Made by a program: the position numbers and the translations under genes. A stretch of DNA of 64,000 bases from Alphaproteobacteria bacterium (GTDB taxonomy: Bacteria; Pseudomonadota; Alphaproteobacteria; UBA8366; CAVOAK01). Each line of letters starts with the position of its first letter. Position 1 is the first letter of the stretch. Where the stretch lies: assembly GCA_965217615.1 (NCBI GenBank), contig CBDCIT010000042.1, positions 649 through 64,648 of the forward strand, written 5' to 3'. Below the pieces are notes generated by a model. That model was not told the origin of the DNA. It did no database searches and saw nothing but the letters and a program-made list of their open reading frames with translations. Of this stretch, positions 59,688-64,000 are shown in pieces.

Positions 59688-60015
59688 GACTACTAGTTCG
59701 CGAACGTGCGGAGGAATTTCTAAATTGAGCTTCGAGATGACCGGTAGGAAGCACTATTCGCGCGACTATCTTCATTTTCCCCTCCTGGCTACTCGCTATT
59801 GTTGAAAACACAATATTTTTGTCGATTACTCGCCCAATGTATTTCAATATCTAAAATGCGAACCAAATCAATTTGTGAAGCCTCTTATGTGTAGTACGGC
59901 AAAACGGCTTGCCCCGCAAAATTCATTACTATTCGGACCCCGCCTATGCGGTGTCGACCATAGTGAATCCAATCGAGCGAAGCTTGAGATATTTAACCGA
60001 TGACCCATATGGCTT
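59606..60015 (+). repeat. Long direct repeat, copy A (410 bp)
   Basis: ccggttggactgatac...catatggctt ends exactly at the left end of IS3-like copy 1 and recurs at 61430-61830. Confidence 0.95.
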
Positions 60016-60081
60016 TGAGTCGGACCCGATTTCCTTGGACACAGAATTGGCTTAATCGAAGTGTCCAAGGAGGACCGGAAC

Positions 60082-60492
60082 ATGACCGATAATTTTGAGA
60101 AGAAAGTTGCTGTTGATGGGCCTGTGGTAAATGCTGGCGAGCTTGGCTCGTCCACGTTTTCCCCAGGCCAGGCTTTGCCGGCAGGCCCGCTGGGACTTGG
60201 CCAGCGATGGACAGTGGCGCGCAAGCGTGAGGTCGTTCTGCAGCTTTTGCGTGACGAGCCGGTGCAACTTCTGTCGCGCCAGTTGGGCGTAGAGATCTTC
60301 CGGCTCGAGCAGTGGCGTGAGAAAGCGATCGGCGGGATCGACGCCTCGCTCAAGCAACGCAAGGGCGATCCGGTGCAGGCGGAACTGGATAGCGCCATGA
60401 AGCGGATCGGAGAGTTGACCATGCAGGTGGAACTGCTGGAGGCCAAGACGGAGACCTTCGGCCCTTTGGGGCGGCGGAGGTCGCGGCGATGA
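60082..60492 (+). CDS. IS OrfA (HTH protein)
   Basis: RWTVARKREVVLQLLR...LSRQLGV...LEQWRE with a coiled-coil tail. The AGGAGG RBS lies partly in a hairpin formed with the IR (ccttggacac/gtgtccaagg). Confidence 0.88.
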   Translation: MTDNFEKKVAVDGPVVNAGELGSSTFSPGQALPAGPLGLGQRWTVARKREVVLQLLRDEPVQLLSRQLGVEIFRLEQWREKAIGGIDASLKQRKGDPVQAELDSAMKRIGELTMQVELLEAKTETFGPLGRRRSRR

Positions 60493-61394
60493 GTGCCGCC
60501 ACCTCTCCCGGCACGGGTCTGGCCTACGGCCTGCGGCGGGTCTGCGCCGCCTGGGGCATGGCCCGCTCCTCGTTCTACGCCATGACCTCCGGCCAGCACG
60601 CCGAGCAGCCGCCGGCAAAGCGTCGGGGACCGAAGCCCGCGATCTCGGACCAGGCGCTGCTGGTGGCGATCAAAGCCGACCTGGAGGCATCGCCCTGGGA
60701 GGGCGAGGGCTACCGCAAGGTCTGGGCTCGGCTTCGGGTCTGTCGCGACATCCGGGTTGCCCGCAAGCGGGTGCTCCGCCTGATGCGCGAGAACAATCTG
60801 CTCTCGCCCCATCGCTGCCGCCGCCGTGGCGGCAATCCCCATGACGGTGAGATCATCACTCATGCCCCGAACCTCATGTGGGGCACCGATGGCGTTCGGG
60901 TGTTCACGGTGGACGACGGCTGGGGCTGGATCTTCACCGCCGTCGAGCATTGGAACGCCGAGTGTGTCGGCTGGCATGTCTGCAAGCGCGGCGACCGCTT
61001 CGCCGCCCTGCAGCCGATCTCCATGGGGCTTGCCGGGCTGTATGGCTCGACCGCGGCCGGCGCGGCTCGGGGGCTGGCCTTGCGGATGGATCACGGCTCC
61101 CAGTATCTGTCGGACCACTTCACCAACCAGATCAAGTTCTGGGGCATCCAGCCGTCCTACGCCTTCGTCGCCGAGCCCCAGACCAACGGCGTCGCCGAGC
61201 GGTTCAATCGCACGCTGAAGGAACAGATCATCCATGGTCGCATCTACTGCAACATCGCGGAGCTGCGGGACGCCGTCCGCGACTTCGTCGAACTCTACAA
61301 TGCCCAGTGGATCGTCGAAAAGAACGGCTACCTGAGCCCCGCTCAAGCTCGTCAGGCGTGGCACGCCGCGATCTCAATCAGGCCCGCCGCGTGA
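60489..61394 (+). CDS. IS OrfB (rve-type DDE transposase)
   Basis: GYRKVWARL, WGTDG, MDHGSQY and NGVAERFNRTLKEQ. Confidence 0.92.
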   Translation: MSAATSPGTGLAYGLRRVCAAWGMARSSFYAMTSGQHAEQPPAKRRGPKPAISDQALLVAIKADLEASPWEGEGYRKVWARLRVCRDIRVARKRVLRLMRENNLLSPHRCRRRGGNPHDGEIITHAPNLMWGTDGVRVFTVDDGWGWIFTAVEHWNAECVGWHVCKRGDRFAALQPISMGLAGLYGSTAAGAARGLALRMDHGSQYLSDHFTNQIKFWGIQPSYAFVAEPQTNGVAERFNRTLKEQIIHGRIYCNIAELRDAVRDFVELYNAQWIVEKNGYLSPAQARQAWHAAISIRPAA

Positions 61395-61429
61395 GACAAA
61401 CTTGTGTCCAAGGAACCGGGTGCGCTACA

Positions 61430-61830
61430 CCGGTTGGACTGATACTTTCGCTGAAATTGCGCACACGCCGTTAAATAAATGCGGCAAATACTGTTCCGGC
61501 AAGACTACTAGTTCGCGAACGTGCGGAGGAATTTCTAAATTGAGCTTCGAGATGACCGGTAGGAAGCACTATTCGCGCGACTATCTTCATTTTCCCCTCC
61601 TGGCTACTCGCTATTGTTGAAAACACAATATTTTTGTCGATTACTCGCCCAATGTATTTCAATATCTAAAATGCGAACCAAATCAATTTGTGAAGCCTCT
61701 TATGTGTAGTACGGCAAAACGGCTTGCCCGCAAAATTCATTACTATTCGGACCCCGCCTATGCGGTGTCGACCATAGTGAATCCAATCGAGCGAAGCTTG
61801 AGATATTTAACCGATGACCCCATATGGCTT
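61430..61830 (+). repeat. Long direct repeat, copy B (401 bp)
   Basis: It starts at the first base after the IS right end. It matches copy A except for a ~9-bp net loss near its start and two 1-nt indels in C runs. Confidence 0.95.
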
Positions 61831-62117
61831 GACGAATTTGCAACCTAAAAGTTAGCGCGGCCCGAATTCTCGTACAATAACTAATTGTACCTGTGGTAAA
61901 TAGTCGATCTTAAGGTGAAAGGTAGAATTGTCTAACCAGTATATCGCTCAGACTAACGCGTAGCGGCAGCGGCTTTCCCCGGGGAGCGACTCGACGTTGG
62001 TAGGTCCAACAGTGACGTCCTGCCAAAAACTTAAGCTCGCAGCTAACTTGCCGTGGATAATTTCGGTACTTGAGCGAAAATCTGTAGCGCACCCGGTTCC
62101 TTGGACACAAGTTTGTC

Positions 62118-63024
62118 TCACGCGGCGGGCCTGATTGAGATCGCGGCGTGCCACGCCTGACGAGCTTGAGCGGGGCTCAGGTAGCCGTTCTTTTCGACGA
62201 TCCACTGGGCATTGTAGAGTTCGACGAAGTCGCGGACGGCGTCCCGCAGCTCCGCGATGTTGCAGTAGATGCGACCATGGATGATCTGTTCCTTCAGCGT
62301 GCGATTGAACCGCTCGGCGACGCCGTTGGTCTGGGGCTCGGCGACGAAGGCGTAGGACGGCTGGATGCCCCAGAACTTGATCTGGTTGGTGAAGTGGTCC
62401 GACAGATACTGGGAGCCGTGATCCATCCGCAAGGCCAGCCCCCGAGCCGCGCCGGCCGCGGTCGAGCCATACAGCCCGGCAAGCCCCATGGAGATCGGCT
62501 GCAGGGCGGCGAAGCGGTCGCCGCGCTTGCAGACATGCCAGCCGACACACTCGGCGTTCCAATGCTCGACGGCGGTGAAGATCCAGCCCCAGCCGTCGTC
62601 CACCGTGAACACCCGAACGCCATCGGTGCCCCACATGAGGTTCGGGGCATGAGTGATGATCTCACCGTCATGGGGATTGCCGCCACGGCGGCGGCAGCGA
62701 TGGGGCGAGAGCAGATTGTTCTCGCGCATCAGGCGGAGCACCCGCTTGCGGGCAACCCGGATGTCGCGGACAGACCCGAAGCCGAGCCCAGACCTTGCGG
62801 TAGCCCTCGCCCTCCCAGGGCGATGCCTCCAGGTCGGCTTTGATCGCCACCAGCAGCGCCTGGTCCGAGATCGCGGGCTTCGGTCCCCGACGCTTTGCCG
62901 GCGGCTGCTCGGCGTGCTGGCCGGAGGTCATGGCGTAGAACGAGGAGCGGGCCATGCCCCAGGCGGCGCAGACCCGCCGCAGGCCGTAGGCCAGACCCGT
63001 GCCGGGAGAGGTGGCGGCACTCAT
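62118..63024 (-). pseudogene. IS OrfB, copy 2, with a 1-nt insertion near 62768
   Basis: gtcgcggacag here versus gtcgcgacag in copy 1 splits the ORF. Confidence 0.85.
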
Positions 63025-63431
63025 CGCCGCGACCTCCGCCGCCCCAAAGGGCCGAAGGTCTCCGTCTTGGCCTCCAGCAGTTCCACCTGCATGGTCAACT
63101 CTCCGATCCGCTTCATGGCGCTATCCAGTTCCGCCTGCACCGGATCGCCCTTGCGTTGCTTGAGCGAGGCGTCGATCCCGCCGATCGCTTTCTCACGCCA
63201 CTGCTCGAGCCGGAAGATCTCTACGCCCAACTGGCGTGACAGAAGTTGCACCGGCTCGTCACGCAAAAGCTGCAGAACGACCTCACGCTTGCGCGCCACT
63301 GTCCATCGCTGGCCAAGTCCCAGCGGGCCTGCCGGCAAAGCCTGGCCTGGGGAAAACGTGGACGAGCCAAGCTCGCCAGCATTTACCACAGGCCCATCAA
63401 CAGCAACTTTCTTCTCAAAATTATCGGTCAT
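63021..63431 (-). CDS. IS OrfA, copy 2
   Basis: The protein is identical to that of copy 1. Confidence 0.88.
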   Translation of the reverse strand: MTDNFEKKVAVDGPVVNAGELGSSTFSPGQALPAGPLGLGQRWTVARKREVVLQLLRDEPVQLLSRQLGVEIFRLEQWREKAIGGIDASLKQRKGDPVQAELDSAMKRIGELTMQVELLEAKTETFGPLGRRRSRR

Positions 63432-63589
63432 GTTCCGGTCCTCCTTGGACACTTCGATTAAGCCAATTCTGTGTCCAAGGAAATCGGGTCCGACTCACTT
63501 GAGCGAAAATCGATACGCCATGGTTTAGTGCTCCTGTTTGTTAGAGCTGTACTTGGGGTTGGTCGGACATTGGCACCGATGAATTACTA

Positions 63590-64000
63590 TTACAGACGCC
63601 CCAGCATGAACCCGATCCCGAATAACAGGGCAGCCAGAGCGGCGATCGCATAATGCACAATTCGGGGCCAGATCTTGTCGACAGCGTCCTTGTGTACGTC
63701 ATCGACGAGTTCGCGCACGCCATGGGCCAGAATGGGCGCACCTACCTTGATGCGGTCCTTGCCGCCAACGAGCGTTAAGTTATGTGTCGGCATTACGTAT
63801 AGATCGGTTGGTTTTTGGCGTGCTGGCGGCAAGTCCGTAACGTACTCGCCCGGGGGATCGAAGACCTCCATAGCGCGCCGGATCATTTCCCCGTAATTCC
63901 CATCGAAACGGCGCAGGTCGTAGCACGCAAGGGGGTTGTAGATGGCGTTGACCAGGCACCGGTTGCAGAACGAACATGGTCGGTCGGGAATGTCCTGACC
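63590..64000 (-). CDS. 3' end of a probable NADH:flavin oxidoreductase (old yellow enzyme-like) with a C-terminal TM extension; 5' part lies outside the window
   Basis: The frame is open from the window edge: GQDIPDRPCSFCNRCLVNAIYNPLACYDLRRF...; it ends IVHYAIAALAALLFGIGFMLGRL*. Confidence 0.6.
   Translation of the reverse strand, partial: GQDIPDRPCSFCNRCLVNAIYNPLACYDLRRFDGNYGEMIRRAMEVFDPPGEYVTDLPPARQKPTDLYVMPTHNLTLVGGKDRIKVGAPILAHGVRELVDDVHKDAVDKIWPRIVHYAIAALAALLFGIGFMLGRL

Larger units (their letters stand above)
60016..61429 (+). mobile_element. IS3-family-like insertion sequence, copy 1 (1414 bp)
   Basis: TG...CA ends are TGAGTCGGACCCGATTTCCTTGGACACA and (reverse complement) TGTAGCGCACCCGGTTCCTTGGACACA. 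orfA and orfB overlap in the -1 frame. The boundaries are confirmed by the second copy. Confidence 0.93.
62083..63497 (-). mobile_element. IS3-family-like insertion sequence, copy 2 (inverted, 1415 bp)
   Basis: Near-identical reverse complement of 60016-61429, flanked by the 14-bp direct repeat cttgagcgaaaatc (62069-62082 and 63498-63511). Confidence 0.93.
61910..63521 (-). pseudogene. Short ORF (~60 aa) split by IS3-like copy 2
   Basis: An AGGAG RBS precedes the ATG at 63521. Removing the IS and one 14-bp repeat gives MAYRFSLKYRNYPRQVSCELKFLAGRHCWTYQRRVAPRGKPLPLRVSLSDILVRQFYLSP*. Confidence 0.4.

Noticed and set aside
60016-63497. Composite transposon or inverted segment formed by the two opposed IS3-like copies
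   Set aside because: Each copy has its own matching flanking repeats and the outer flanks do not match each other. This indicates two independent insertions with no net inversion.
1-64000. CRISPR array, rRNA, prophage or intact defence system
   Set aside because: I saw no regularly spaced short repeats, rRNA-like sequence, phage structural genes or recognisable defence genes.

Overview
This is an alphaproteobacterial (Rhodospirillales-like) chromosomal segment. Most of it is conserved backbone: nrdJ, NDUFA12, 2x mlaD, DUF2155, aat, accC, accB, aroQ, DsbA, M48 peptidase, an aminotransferase, rne, amiC, PBP1A, prfB (+1 programmed frameshift), glnE, an AsmA/YhdP-like gene, tyrS, anmK, cysE-iscR-2x cysteine desulfurase-fdx, mnmA and tRNA-Met. 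Small metabolic or transport genes are interspersed. Six insertion sequences from five families cover about 9.5 kb, and I could read ends and flanking duplications for all six. They are an IS21 nested in an IS1182-like element nested in a DUF2461 gene, an IS256, an IS1202-like element with a 17-bp duplication, and two near-identical IS3-like copies in an AT-richer region downstream of tRNA-Met. Three observations stand out. (i) The IS3-like element has a 14-bp direct repeat at one copy and a ~410-bp direct repeat at the other. (ii) A small deletion in istB makes it read through the IS21 end in frame into the interrupted IS1182 transposase, giving a 741-aa chimera. (iii) A lipoprotein gamma-glutamyltransferase homologue lacks the catalytic Thr. 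Several indels may be sequencing errors. All family assignments come from motif recognition by eye, not from database searches.
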